DNA of 64,000 nt from Bacteroidota bacterium (GTDB taxonomy: Bacteria > Bacteroidota > Ignavibacteria > UBA10030 > SZUA-254), in NCBI GenBank assembly GCA_020056225.1, contig JAGVIE010000020.1, positions 6,331 through 70,330 on the forward strand, given 5' to 3'. A program made the translations under genes and the position numbers. Positions 11,164 through 20,266 of the stretch are shown here, in pieces (the first letter of the stretch is position 1; each line of letters starts with the position of its first letter). The notes beneath the pieces are model-generated. The model ran no database searches and was not told where the DNA came from. It saw only the letters and a list, made by a program, of their open reading frames with translations.

Positions 11164-12441
11164 TTATCTCATCTTTCGTTTCCAGCGAAGTCCGAACCAA
11201 TCCGAGCGAATTGTTATCCAAATATTCTGGTATCTGTCTGGATTTAATGCCTTAAGGCGTTTCAAGCCCTCCCCTGAAAAGACGATGAATAGGGCAAACA
11301 TTGAGGAAATAACAAATGCGAGAAGAAGGTACAAACTTATTTTGGGCTTCGCTTTCCGTTCAGGAACTAACGCTTTATCGAGTACAACAACCGACGGTGT
11401 ACTTCGTTGTTCTTCGACCTTTGCTTGCTCGTAGAGCGGGGTAAGAAATTGAAGAATCTTATATTGAATTTCCACATCACGATACAACCGGATATAATCG
11501 GCAGCTAACTGTGGTGTCTGGCGGAATGGGACAAGTATTTTCATTTCATCGGATGAAGATTTTGACCCGGAATTCATTTCGCTCAATTTATTCTTAATTT
11601 CATCTACTTCGATCTGGGCGGCAGTAATGTTAGGATGCGATTCTGAAAACGTTCGTTTTAAAACATTTAGCTCGATTTCTTTGGCAGCAAGCCGTGCATA
11701 AATCGCCGCGCCTGCTTTAATGGATGCTTCTGTCTGTTCCGGCATCGCGATAACACCAAACTTCAGTTGGAACGATTTAAGCGCCTCTTCCGATTTCCTT
11801 ATATCCTCAAGATTTTTATTGTAGCGTTGTTCTATAAATGCGCGGTTCCCCCTGGCATTTTGTACCTGAAGAGTAGAGTTGATTTCATTTAATATTTGCA
11901 CGAAGTAATTTGTCATATCCGCGGCTCGCTTCGGGTCCTTATCGTAAACGCCAATCTGGAGCGTACCTTCATCGGTAATTTCAAATTGAACGTTCCCAAG
12001 GAGTTCTTTCATTGTGTTCATGCGGGGATAACTTGTAATATTGTATACTTTTGTGAGATCGAACTTATCGATAACTTGTATCAATGCGTTCTCACTCTTC
12101 AAGATTCCCACATATCGTTCCGCTTCAGTCGGTCCGGTCAAAGAAGCAAGCTTCCCGCCCGGAGAGAAATTTTTCATCAAAGAGGAGATCCCCTCAATTC
12201 CAGAAAAGAGATTTGTTTGCTCCGCGGGAAACACTGATGCGCTTGCTCGGTACCATTTAGGGCTAAGGAGAGCTATGAGAGTTACAGTGAGAGTTATCGA
12301 TAATACAAACCAAACAATAAATCTCCGCCATTGCGTAACAATAACGAAAAAGTCCAACAGCGTTGCGCCGAGAGGTTTATTTTCGTCAATGTACTTCATT
12401 GTTTGTTTCGCATCTTCTTTTCGATCAGGACTATCAGTCAT
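11164..12441 (-). CDS. Wzz-like polysaccharide chain-length determinant (PCP family, no kinase domain)
   Basis: 425 aa. The N-terminal ...DFFVIVTQWRRFIVWFVLSITLTVTLIALL TM is followed by a long coiled-coil periplasmic region and a C-terminal TM helix. This is the Wzz/GumC topology. Confidence 0.7.
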   Translation of the reverse strand: MTDSPDRKEDAKQTMKYIDENKPLGATLLDFFVIVTQWRRFIVWFVLSITLTVTLIALLSPKWYRASASVFPAEQTNLFSGIEGISSLMKNFSPGGKLASLTGPTEAERYVGILKSENALIQVIDKFDLTKVYNITSYPRMNTMKELLGNVQFEITDEGTLQIGVYDKDPKRAADMTNYFVQILNEINSTLQVQNARGNRAFIEQRYNKNLEDIRKSEEALKSFQLKFGVIAMPEQTEASIKAGAAIYARLAAKEIELNVLKRTFSESHPNITAAQIEVDEIKNKLSEMNSGSKSSSDEMKILVPFRQTPQLAADYIRLYRDVEIQYKILQFLTPLYEQAKVEEQRSTPSVVVLDKALVPERKAKPKISLYLLLAFVISSMFALFIVFSGEGLKRLKALNPDRYQNIWITIRSDWFGLRWKRKMR

Positions 12442-12460
12442 ACATTATTCCATTAGTAGT

Positions 12461-14065
12461 TTATTTCGTAACCTGCACAACCACCACCGCAATGCCTACA
12501 ATCACGCTCAGCACAGTTGCCGCTTGACTTGCGATTGTCATATAGTACGCGAACGGACGGTCGGGGTCTTTCGGTACCCAAACGTAATCACCATCCTCGA
12601 TGGTTGTCTCATCCGGGGCGAGCCACTGTTTATTTTTTCCTTTAATAATTTTAACATCGCCTTCGCGCGCGCGATCTGTGTATCCTCCGGCTTTCATTAC
12701 ATAGTATTCGGTGGTTCGTCCTTCGATAAACGGTATGTGCCCGGGCGACACTACCTGTCCGAATACATAAATCGTCTTTTTTATGGATGGGACATTAATG
12801 TAGTCCTCGCTCTGCAGGATTACGTTTTGTGTTGAATCGTTTTTTACAAACAATTTTTCAAAATCAACATTGACGATTTCTTTACGAAGCCTGAGTTCGG
12901 TTTCAAGATAATAATCCAAACTGTCTTCTGCCGAAACACCGCCGCGCGAACTGAGCAGGCGTTCAGTTTCAACTTCAGAGGGCTGAACCGAACGGCGGTT
13001 TAATTCTGCCGATTTCAATGAGGCAAACTCCGTGAACCCGCCTGCCTGAGCGATGACCTCGGATAGCCTCGTGTGATTCTTTGTTATCGGATATATTCCC
13101 GGATAAGAAACTTCGCCCGAAATATATACACGGTAATCTTCACGTAATTCTTTTTTTGCTTTTACCACAATGCGATCGCCGGGTTCTAATGTGAAATCGG
13201 GATCAGTGCCGTCCAATATCTGATTAGCATTGATGATCACCGATGTTAATATCGTTCCATCGAGATTCAAGCGGGTGAATTCAATACTATCCTTCAAAGC
13301 CAGGCGGGTAAAGCCCATACCAATTTGGAAAAGATCGTGAAGACTATCGCCATCAACGAACTCATAACGCCCCGGTGAATTGACCTCACCATATATACCG
13401 ATCACATTTTTGTTTTGATTCTTCCTTGGTGCTATGACGATATCACCTTCGCGAAGGTAGGGGTTCCATTTATCATTCTTTGTTGCCAAAAATTTTACCA
13501 GGTCCACCCTGTCTATGGAGCCATCTTTATGTTTGAGAACAATATTCCTCATAGACATTTCCGCAGGCGGCTGGGAAGGTTTATTCGCTTCTTCCAGCGC
13601 CCGGTGAACGCGATCTACAGCGCTCAGTGTAAACAAACCCGGCTTGTAGACTGTTCCGGTAACAGTAATAACAATGGGTCTGGGTTTAATGAGTGTTACG
13701 GTTATATCGGGGGTTAAATATTTTTTCCTTGCCTCCGATAATATTTTTTCTTTCGCTTTCATCAATGTCATATCTGCAACCGGCACTTCGGCAATTGTCG
13801 GTATTACCAGGGTTCCTTCCGGTGAAACTGTCAGTGTAAAACTTATCGGCGGACTCATCCATATATTCACCGTTAAGATATCGGATGGACCGACAAAGTA
13901 TTTTGCCGGATCGATTGTCGACTCGAGCGGAACACCCTGCTGCTGGATTACAGTATATCCCTTTTTCTCCATTGGCGATACATCAGGTTCTTCAGTTCGC
14001 TGTTTCTCTTGCGCCAAGACCAAACCGCATACGAGCGTCATCACCGCAAAGAGTTTGAAGCACAT
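12461..14065 (-). CDS. Polysaccharide export protein (Wza-like, multiple SLBB domains)
   Basis: The ORF track extends it to 14230, which would overlap rfbB by 115 nt. The signal peptide MCFKLFAVMTLVCGLVLAQ begins at 14065. An alternative start is 14131 (MSIVNRS). Repeated SLBB-like segments are GEVNSPGRYEF..., GEVSYPGIYP... and GQVVSPGHIPF... Confidence 0.7.
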   Translation of the reverse strand: MCFKLFAVMTLVCGLVLAQEKQRTEEPDVSPMEKKGYTVIQQQGVPLESTIDPAKYFVGPSDILTVNIWMSPPISFTLTVSPEGTLVIPTIAEVPVADMTLMKAKEKILSEARKKYLTPDITVTLIKPRPIVITVTGTVYKPGLFTLSAVDRVHRALEEANKPSQPPAEMSMRNIVLKHKDGSIDRVDLVKFLATKNDKWNPYLREGDIVIAPRKNQNKNVIGIYGEVNSPGRYEFVDGDSLHDLFQIGMGFTRLALKDSIEFTRLNLDGTILTSVIINANQILDGTDPDFTLEPGDRIVVKAKKELREDYRVYISGEVSYPGIYPITKNHTRLSEVIAQAGGFTEFASLKSAELNRRSVQPSEVETERLLSSRGGVSAEDSLDYYLETELRLRKEIVNVDFEKLFVKNDSTQNVILQSEDYINVPSIKKTIYVFGQVVSPGHIPFIEGRTTEYYVMKAGGYTDRAREGDVKIIKGKNKQWLAPDETTIEDGDYVWVPKDPDRPFAYYMTIASQAATVLSVIVGIAVVVVQVTK

Positions 14066-14114
14066 TCGAACCGGATTGAATCTGGTTTCTCCGATTACTA
14101 ATTTTTTAGATCGA

Positions 14115-15146
14115 TTAACGATGCTCATACATTTTCTGATAATATTGTTGATATTTACCGCTGATGATATGCCGCCACCAGGATTCATGCTTGAGGTACC
14201 ACTCGACTGTCTGTTCCAATCCTTGCTCAAATGTTACGCTCGGTTTCCAGCCAAATTCAATCTCGATTTTTGAAGCATCGATAGCATAACGGCGGTCATG
14301 TCCCGGGCGGTCTTTTACATACTTAATCAAACTATCGGGTTTGTTCAATTTCTTTAGTAGAAGGCGCACGATATCGATGTTCGCCGACTCATTATTGCCT
14401 CCAATATTATAGATATCGCCGATTTTCCCTCTATGCATAACAACATCTATCGCAGTACAATGATCTTTCACGTAAAGCCAATCGCGGACATTTTTTCCAT
14501 CTCCATATACCGGTAAAGGTTTATTATCAAGAGCATTGGCAATCATAAGCGGTATAAGCTTTTCCGGAAATTGATATGGTCCGTAATTATTCGAGCACCG
14601 GGTAATCACAACGGGCAACCCGAACGTATGTTGATACGCCAGCGCAAGCAGATCTGCGGCAGTCTTCGAAGCGGAGTACGGACTATTCGGATGCAGTGGT
14701 GTGGTTTCAGTGAATTTACCATCTGCACCGAGTGAACCATAGACCTCATCGGTAGAAATCTGTACGAAACGTTTAACGCCGATTTCCCTCGCGATATCCA
14801 GCAGAATGTTTGTGCCGGCTACATTTGTCTCGATGAAGATTGCCGGTCCGGTAATACTTCGATCCACATGTGACTCGGCGGCAAAATTTACGATTACATC
14901 TATCTTATATTGTTTCATACACGCTTCAACATCCGCCCGATTGCAAATGTCGCCTTTTACAAACCGATATTGCGGATGGTTACTAACATCCGATAAGTTT
15001 TCTAAATTACCGGCATAAGTGAGCTTGTCGAAATTGACTATTGTATAACCGGGATATGCATTGAGCATATACTTTATGAAATTGCTTCCGATAAATCCGC
15101 AGCCGCCCGTTACAAGTATAGCCGTTTGTTCCTTTTCTATCGTCAT
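14115..15146 (-). CDS. rfbB: dTDP-glucose 4,6-dehydratase
   Basis: 343 aa reading MTIEKEQTAILVTGGCGFIGSNF...YAGNLENL...SPYSASKTAADLL...DYG. This is the SDR extended family RmlB signature. Confidence 0.93.
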   Translation of the reverse strand: MTIEKEQTAILVTGGCGFIGSNFIKYMLNAYPGYTIVNFDKLTYAGNLENLSDVSNHPQYRFVKGDICNRADVEACMKQYKIDVIVNFAAESHVDRSITGPAIFIETNVAGTNILLDIAREIGVKRFVQISTDEVYGSLGADGKFTETTPLHPNSPYSASKTAADLLALAYQHTFGLPVVITRCSNNYGPYQFPEKLIPLMIANALDNKPLPVYGDGKNVRDWLYVKDHCTAIDVVMHRGKIGDIYNIGGNNESANIDIVRLLLKKLNKPDSLIKYVKDRPGHDRRYAIDASKIEIEFGWKPSVTFEQGLEQTVEWYLKHESWWRHIISGKYQQYYQKMYEHR

Positions 15147-15625
15147 CTAGTTTTATCCATTTTATAAATCGTATTCGGATCGTTCTCATGCCGGATTTCA
15201 TCAACTTTATCCTGCCGATTCTTACCCATGAAAAGCCGATTAGGAAAATTTACAACCATCCCTACGACATTACCGATGTTCTTATACGCATGAACAACCC
15301 CCGGCGGAATTAAAATTGCCACCGGATCAGTCTCACCGGCTTTTACGATCAGTTTATTCATGTAAGTCGGAGAATCTTTTCTGTTATCCCAAAGATAAAC
15401 TTCAAAAGTTGAGGGTCCGATAAATCCGAACAAATCCGCTTGATCTTCATGTTCATGCGGTCCGCGTGCAATACCGGGATCTGTCATAGAAATATAACTC
15501 ATCGCCGGATAATAAACCGTTTCCAATTCATCCTTCCGAAATAATTCTATCAACCAACCGCGTTGATCTGAATATCTTTTCAACTGTTTAACTACAACAT
15601 CCCGAATATCGCCGTTTTTAAACAT
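15143..15625 (-). CDS. rfbC: RmlC-like cupin sugar epimerase (dTDP-4-dehydrorhamnose 3,5-epimerase family)
   Basis: 160 aa reading ...RYSDQRGWLIELFRKDE...GIARGPHEHEDQ..., an RmlC-like cupin motif. It is translationally coupled to rfbB. Confidence 0.65.
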   Translation of the reverse strand: MFKNGDIRDVVVKQLKRYSDQRGWLIELFRKDELETVYYPAMSYISMTDPGIARGPHEHEDQADLFGFIGPSTFEVYLWDNRKDSPTYMNKLIVKAGETDPVAILIPPGVVHAYKNIGNVVGMVVNFPNRLFMGKNRQDKVDEIRHENDPNTIYKMDKTR

Positions 15626-15829
15626 TATATCCCTGTTAGTGTATAAATGAACGCTATAAAATTACGAAATTGACCCTCTAAAGTCAATAAAATGAAATAA
15701 ATACAGAGATTATTCTTCAGCTTCAAATGAAGGACATTGAAGACTGTTCGATTGTAGCAAATTGGAGGGTTGGTTCTACCTTTTTTGTCGAGCGAATATT
15801 AGTTAGATAAAAACGATTTAGAAACACTG

Positions 15830-16582
15830 TCATATTGTTTGAATATCCTTGCTTGAAAGCCATCCGACTTTCCCATCGGCAAGACGGATTTTTTTCCACT
15901 CACCTACTGCGTCAAGGAATTCCACTTTCACTCCTTCATGAAGAACGAAGAGATCTGTGCTTTGCGAGTCGGGCGCGCTTTTCACTGAAACAGTCGCTGA
16001 AAAAATTATTCCGGTTGATTCGTTTTGCTCATAATGAATTCTCTGATACATACCGACGAATGCCAGAATACTGATAAGAAACACAAATATACTTATCAGA
16101 AATGCGGTCCGCTGAAGAACCGATCTGCGTAACACGAAAATAGATGCGGCACTTATAGCCGCAAGCCACAGTCCGATGATTCCGGCTATAGCCCATCCTT
16201 CAGACGAAAACAGATTAATGAACGACTGCCACCATGAGATGAAGAATAACCTTGGAATTGGTTCGATCTTGTCGATCACCCTGAGATTCGCAAGTCTTAG
16301 ATTATAATTTATATCATCGTCATTTGGGTCGATGCGTTTGGCTCTTTCAAAGTTCAGAATTGCGGCAGGCACATTTTGAATTTTAAAGTATGAATTACCG
16401 AGGTTATAATACAAAGCCGGGCTCGAATAGCCATTCTTTATTACCTGTTCGAACATTTGAATCGCCGTTTGATAATCGCCGTTTCTGTAAGACTGATTCG
16501 CTTGTTCGAATTGAAGCGTAGACTCCTGGGCAAATCCAAAAGATATCAGGAATAAACTGAAGAATGCTGATATCAATTTCAT
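15830..16582 (-). CDS. batE: BatE-like protein (TPR repeats, TM helices, C-terminal SH3b domain)
   Basis: 250 aa with a signal peptide and TPR motifs (GDYQTAIQMFEQVIKNGYSSPALYYNLGNSYFK). It has two TM helices and ends ...VGEWKKIRLADGKVGWLSSKDIQTI, which is SH3b-like. It is the last gene of the bat operon. Confidence 0.6.
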   Translation of the reverse strand: MKLISAFFSLFLISFGFAQESTLQFEQANQSYRNGDYQTAIQMFEQVIKNGYSSPALYYNLGNSYFKIQNVPAAILNFERAKRIDPNDDDINYNLRLANLRVIDKIEPIPRLFFISWWQSFINLFSSEGWAIAGIIGLWLAAISAASIFVLRRSVLQRTAFLISIFVFLISILAFVGMYQRIHYEQNESTGIIFSATVSVKSAPDSQSTDLFVLHEGVKVEFLDAVGEWKKIRLADGKVGWLSSKDIQTI

Positions 16583-18417
16583 CGGAGTTCCTCCTCGATA
16601 GCCGAAATAAGTTCAACAGTTTCCCGGTAAACACTATCCATCGTAACGGAATCGGACGTGGGTGCGAACCGGGCGTACTCGCACGATTCGATCGTGGAAA
16701 CTAACTTGGCTATCATGCCGACGGATAACTTCTTGCTTTCAAGCGAATTGCGGATTAAATCTATCGAGAGATCTGCCGGCGGTATGCCGAGCTTGTCGCC
16801 GATGTATCCCCAGAGCGCGCGGGAAATCTCTGTGTAAAAATCTTCTTTCTTTTTCGTATCAAGAAATTTTTTCGCATCGGACAAACGTTTCCGGGCAACC
16901 TTCCTTGCTGTGCGATTCCTGACTAGCATTAGATTACCCATGAATTTTTCACGCCGCCTCGCATAAAAAATAAAACCGAAAAATGCAATCACCGGACTAA
17001 CCGATAAGATAAAGAATATCACTGAGCCAGCAAATGCTTCGCCTCTTCTGTTATAGGAAACATTTCCGCTTTTAATAAATCTAATATCTTCGCCAAGAAG
17101 CTTCACATCTTCCTTACTGATACCTGTCGCATAAGTCTGGCTAGTCTCGGAGCCTTTGGCGACTGTTACCGTAAATTCCTGACTGTTCAGCGAGACGTAA
17201 TTTTTCTTTTCCACATCGAAGTATGAAAACTGGAAAGAAGGTATTTTTTGTTCACCGGGATGCCGGGGAATCAGGAGATATTCGAACGTCCTGCTTCCGG
17301 ATATCCGATCGTTTTCTTTAGTAACATTATCCGAGATTTTCGGATCATATTTCTCAATATCCGGCGAAACACTAACAGGCGGCGCCTCAAGTAGTTTGAG
17401 ATTTCCCCTGCCGGAAATTTTAACTTTCAATGTTACGGGTTCATTTGTCTTCGTTTCTTTTTTGTCCAGCCATACTTCCATGGAATATTTTCCAACTGCG
17501 CCGTTGAAAGCTATGGGTATGTCGGTTGATGGCAAAGGCAGAACGGTAATATTAACGGGTTGGCTTCTGACTTTATGATTGACGTTCGTGACATTCCCGA
17601 AGAATGGGTCATTAAAAAATTGATCGAAGACATCATTCGAACGCCGACGGGATTGAACTTGCACCGCACACTCGACTTCCATTGGGTCAAGTGTGAGAGT
17701 TCCGCTGCGCTGCGGGAAAAGTGCTGCCTTTTTGAGAATTCCTACACGATACTGTTTACCGTTAACAACTTCGTTGGATAACTGAATTTGTTTTGGTATC
17801 TCCAGGTCTTCACTCCAGAATCCGGTTATCGAAGGCATTTTGGTCAAATTATAATTAACGACATTTACGCGTGTGAAAATTTTATATGTTGCAGTGATCT
17901 GCTCGCCTTGATATACACGTGCTTTATCGACGACAACTTTCAAGAACAGATTCTCGCCGATTTGTTTTCCGATATCGGCATCTTGCTGCGATTGTTTCGA
18001 TTGCTGTTTCTGCGGCGGCGCACCCTTCGTAACTTCGATAGTGACCGGTTGTGTTTGTAGTTGTTTATTATTGTGAGTGATGAATGCCGGCGCGATGACA
18101 AACTTTCCTTCCGCCCTCGGCTGAAGAATATAGGTGTATGAAACCGACATCGACGTCGCTCCATTGATGAATTGCATGTTCGTCGATTGATTAGGACCCG
18201 AAAGAGTCAGAAACTCGTTGAATGCCGGCGGACGGAAATTACTGCCCCCGCCCGATCCGCTCAGCATAAATGTAATTTCAAATTGTTCACCCATTCCAAT
18301 TTTATTTCTGTCGACTGATGCAGTAAATGTTGCATCCTGCGCAATAGCAGCAAGAACTAATACAAAACAAAGTATAATTACTATTCCAGATTTTTGGATG
18401 TTTCTATAACCGGTCAT
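16579..18417 (-). CDS. batD: BatD (oxygen-tolerance protein)
   Basis: 612 aa with an N-terminal signal and a BatD-type β-rich ectodomain. There is a single TM near residue 470 (VIFFILSVSPVIAFFGFIFYA) and a basic cytoplasmic tail. Its position after batC matches the Bacteroides bat operon order. Confidence 0.75.
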   Translation of the reverse strand: MTGYRNIQKSGIVIILCFVLVLAAIAQDATFTASVDRNKIGMGEQFEITFMLSGSGGGSNFRPPAFNEFLTLSGPNQSTNMQFINGATSMSVSYTYILQPRAEGKFVIAPAFITHNNKQLQTQPVTIEVTKGAPPQKQQSKQSQQDADIGKQIGENLFLKVVVDKARVYQGEQITATYKIFTRVNVVNYNLTKMPSITGFWSEDLEIPKQIQLSNEVVNGKQYRVGILKKAALFPQRSGTLTLDPMEVECAVQVQSRRRSNDVFDQFFNDPFFGNVTNVNHKVRSQPVNITVLPLPSTDIPIAFNGAVGKYSMEVWLDKKETKTNEPVTLKVKISGRGNLKLLEAPPVSVSPDIEKYDPKISDNVTKENDRISGSRTFEYLLIPRHPGEQKIPSFQFSYFDVEKKNYVSLNSQEFTVTVAKGSETSQTYATGISKEDVKLLGEDIRFIKSGNVSYNRRGEAFAGSVIFFILSVSPVIAFFGFIFYARRREKFMGNLMLVRNRTARKVARKRLSDAKKFLDTKKKEDFYTEISRALWGYIGDKLGIPPADLSIDLIRNSLESKKLSVGMIAKLVSTIESCEYARFAPTSDSVTMDSVYRETVELISAIEEELR

Positions 18418-18427
18418 TTGTCAATCG

Positions 18428-18526
18428 TCATTTGTTCTTTGCTCTTTGTTCTTTGTTTTACGCCCATAATTCATAATTTATAATTCATAATTCATAACTC
18501 ATATCTCACATCGCATATCACACATC
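18428..18526. repeat. Intergenic simple-sequence repeat tract (CTTTGTT-like units followed by about 9 tandem CATAATT-derived heptamers) between batC and batD
   Basis: 18431-18460 reads tttgttctttgctctttgttctttgtttta. 18465-18526 reads cataatt cataatt tataatt cataatt cataact catatct cacatcg catatca cacatc. Confidence 0.7.
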
Positions 18527-18533
18527 GGTTTTT

Positions 18534-19232
18534 TTACCAGTCCTTTTCAACTCGTACTCTGGCAGGTGCTTTCTTCTTCAATTTTTTCTGGACATCTTTT
18601 TCTTCATTTTTCAATGCTTCCAAAATTCTCTCGGCATCTTCTTTTGATATTTGCTGTTTTTTCTTCTGGGCTTGCTGTTGCTTTTGCTGTTCCTGCTTAT
18701 CCTTTTGTTGCTGTTGATCTTGTTTTTGCTGATCCTGTTTTTGTTGTTCTTTTTTGTCCTGTTTCTGATCCTTCTTCTGATCCTGCTTTTGTTGCTGCTG
18801 CTGTTGTTTTTGAAGCATTCTTTTTGCGTACTCAAGGTTATACTTTGTATCGGTATCTTTCGGATTAACCTTCAGGGCATCCTTGTATGCCGCTATGCTT
18901 TCTGGAAATTTTTGTTCTTTCAATAAAGCATTGCCCAGATTATGAAGTGCCTGCGCTTTAGTCGCGCCGTCTTTTTGTTTCTCAGCGGCGATGCGATATT
19001 GTTCAGCCGCTTCACCGTAACGCTCCTGCTTATACAAAGCGTCGCCAAGGTTGAAAGGAGCCTGCTTCAGTTCTTTGTTTTTCTCCAGAGCTTTGCGGTA
19101 ACTGACTTCGGCATCGGAGAATTTATCTTTTTTATACAACTGATTTCCATCCCTGATGAAAGACCGATCCGATTGTCCGCTTGCTAATATCCTGCAAAAA
19201 ATTACCATCATTAATGTAAGAAATATTTTCAT
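18534..19232 (-). CDS. batC: BatC (TPR-repeat protein with Q/K/E-rich low-complexity C-terminus)
   Basis: 232 aa with a signal peptide and three TPR repeats. The low-complexity tract is QQQQQQKQDQKKDQKQDKKEQQKQDQQKQDQQQQKDKQEQQKQQQAQKKKQQ. Confidence 0.65.
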   Translation of the reverse strand: MKIFLTLMMVIFCRILASGQSDRSFIRDGNQLYKKDKFSDAEVSYRKALEKNKELKQAPFNLGDALYKQERYGEAAEQYRIAAEKQKDGATKAQALHNLGNALLKEQKFPESIAAYKDALKVNPKDTDTKYNLEYAKRMLQKQQQQQQKQDQKKDQKQDKKEQQKQDQQKQDQQQQKDKQEQQKQQQAQKKKQQISKEDAERILEALKNEEKDVQKKLKKKAPARVRVEKDW

Positions 19233-20266
19233 CTTCGTTCCTTGAAAAAATTTATCTTTGCAAGCCAGCGATTTTTCCGTTCAGAGATGAAATATTCAAA
19301 CACCAATAAAATAAAAGCGGCTCCGAGAAAATATTGAAACCGGTCTTCATACTCGGTAAATATTTTAGCTCCGAACTCTTTCTTCTCCATAGTCTGCACA
19401 GCCTTGAATACTTCATCGAGTTCGTCCTGCTGAGTCGTAGCCCTGATGTACATTCCACCGCCGGCTTCTGCGATCTGACGCATTCCCTGTTCATCAAGTT
19501 TTGTAACAACTGTTTTGCCATCGGAATCTTTTTTGTATCCGGCTTGCACCGATCCATCATATGTAGGAATTGGTACGCCTTCCTGAGAACCCATCCCGAC
19601 AGTATGAACTACAGCGCCTTCGGCGTAAGCTTCCTTCGCTGCGGAAACAGCATCATCTTCATGATTTTCGCCATCTGATATGATGATGATTACTTTATGC
19701 TTCTTCTCGCCTGCCGCGAATGATTTCATTGCAAGATTGATTGCCGTGCCTATTGCGGTTCCGGGAATTGGTACTATATCGACATCAATCGTACTGAGAA
19801 TAAGCCGGGCAGCAGAATAATCCATTGTTAACGGCAGTTGCAAATAACTATCACCGGCAAACACGATCAAACCGAGTCGATCATTCTGAAACTTATCTAT
19901 CATCCGCGAGATCTCCTGCTTAGCGCTCTCTAAACGATTCGGTTTGATGTCTTCGGCTTTCATACTGTTGGAAACATCGAGCGCAATGATGATATCGACT
20001 CCTTCACGTTTTACTTCTTCCATCTTCGAACCGATTTGAGGATTAGCGATACCGAGAATTAAGAAAGCTAACGCGGTAAAAGCTGTAAAAAACTTAACCG
20101 GCTTTTTGTACCTGCTCATAGCCGGCATCAGATTATCCAATAATGATGGATTTCCGAAACGTTCTAAATTTTTCTTTCGCATACTCAGTGACCAGTAGAA
20201 CAGAACAAGAATCGCCGGCAAAAGTACTATTGCGTAAAGATATCCGGTATGTGCAAATCTGATCAA
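19229..20266 (-). CDS. batB: BatB (von Willebrand factor A domain membrane protein)
   Basis: 345 aa with an N-terminal TM helix. The vWA MIDAS motif is DVSNSM...IIISDGENH. Confidence 0.8.
   Translation of the reverse strand: MIRFAHTGYLYAIVLLPAILVLFYWSLSMRKKNLERFGNPSLLDNLMPAMSRYKKPVKFFTAFTALAFLILGIANPQIGSKMEEVKREGVDIIIALDVSNSMKAEDIKPNRLESAKQEISRMIDKFQNDRLGLIVFAGDSYLQLPLTMDYSAARLILSTIDVDIVPIPGTAIGTAINLAMKSFAAGEKKHKVIIIISDGENHEDDAVSAAKEAYAEGAVVHTVGMGSQEGVPIPTYDGSVQAGYKKDSDGKTVVTKLDEQGMRQIAEAGGGMYIRATTQQDELDEVFKAVQTMEKKEFGAKIFTEYEDRFQYFLGAAFILLVFEYFISERKNRWLAKINFFKERR

Noticed and set aside
12041-12835. 264-aa plus-strand ORF spanning the wzz/wza junction
   Set aside because: It is antisense to two well-supported minus-strand genes. 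Its composition is low-complexity and Ser/Arg-rich, as expected of a shadow ORF.
15626-15829. Intrinsic terminator between batE and rfbC
   Set aside because: There are only weak 6-bp inverted repeats (cttcaa...ttgaag) with no convincing U-tract. I did not report it as a feature.
18428-18526. Possible CRISPR or other spaced-repeat array
   Set aside because: The units are 7-nt tandem simple repeats without spacers. There are no cas genes. The tract is only about 100 bp.
18651-18926. Poly-Leu ORF (MLFFLLGLLLLLLF...) on the plus strand
   Set aside because: It is the reverse-complement artefact of the Q/K-rich coding repeat in batC.
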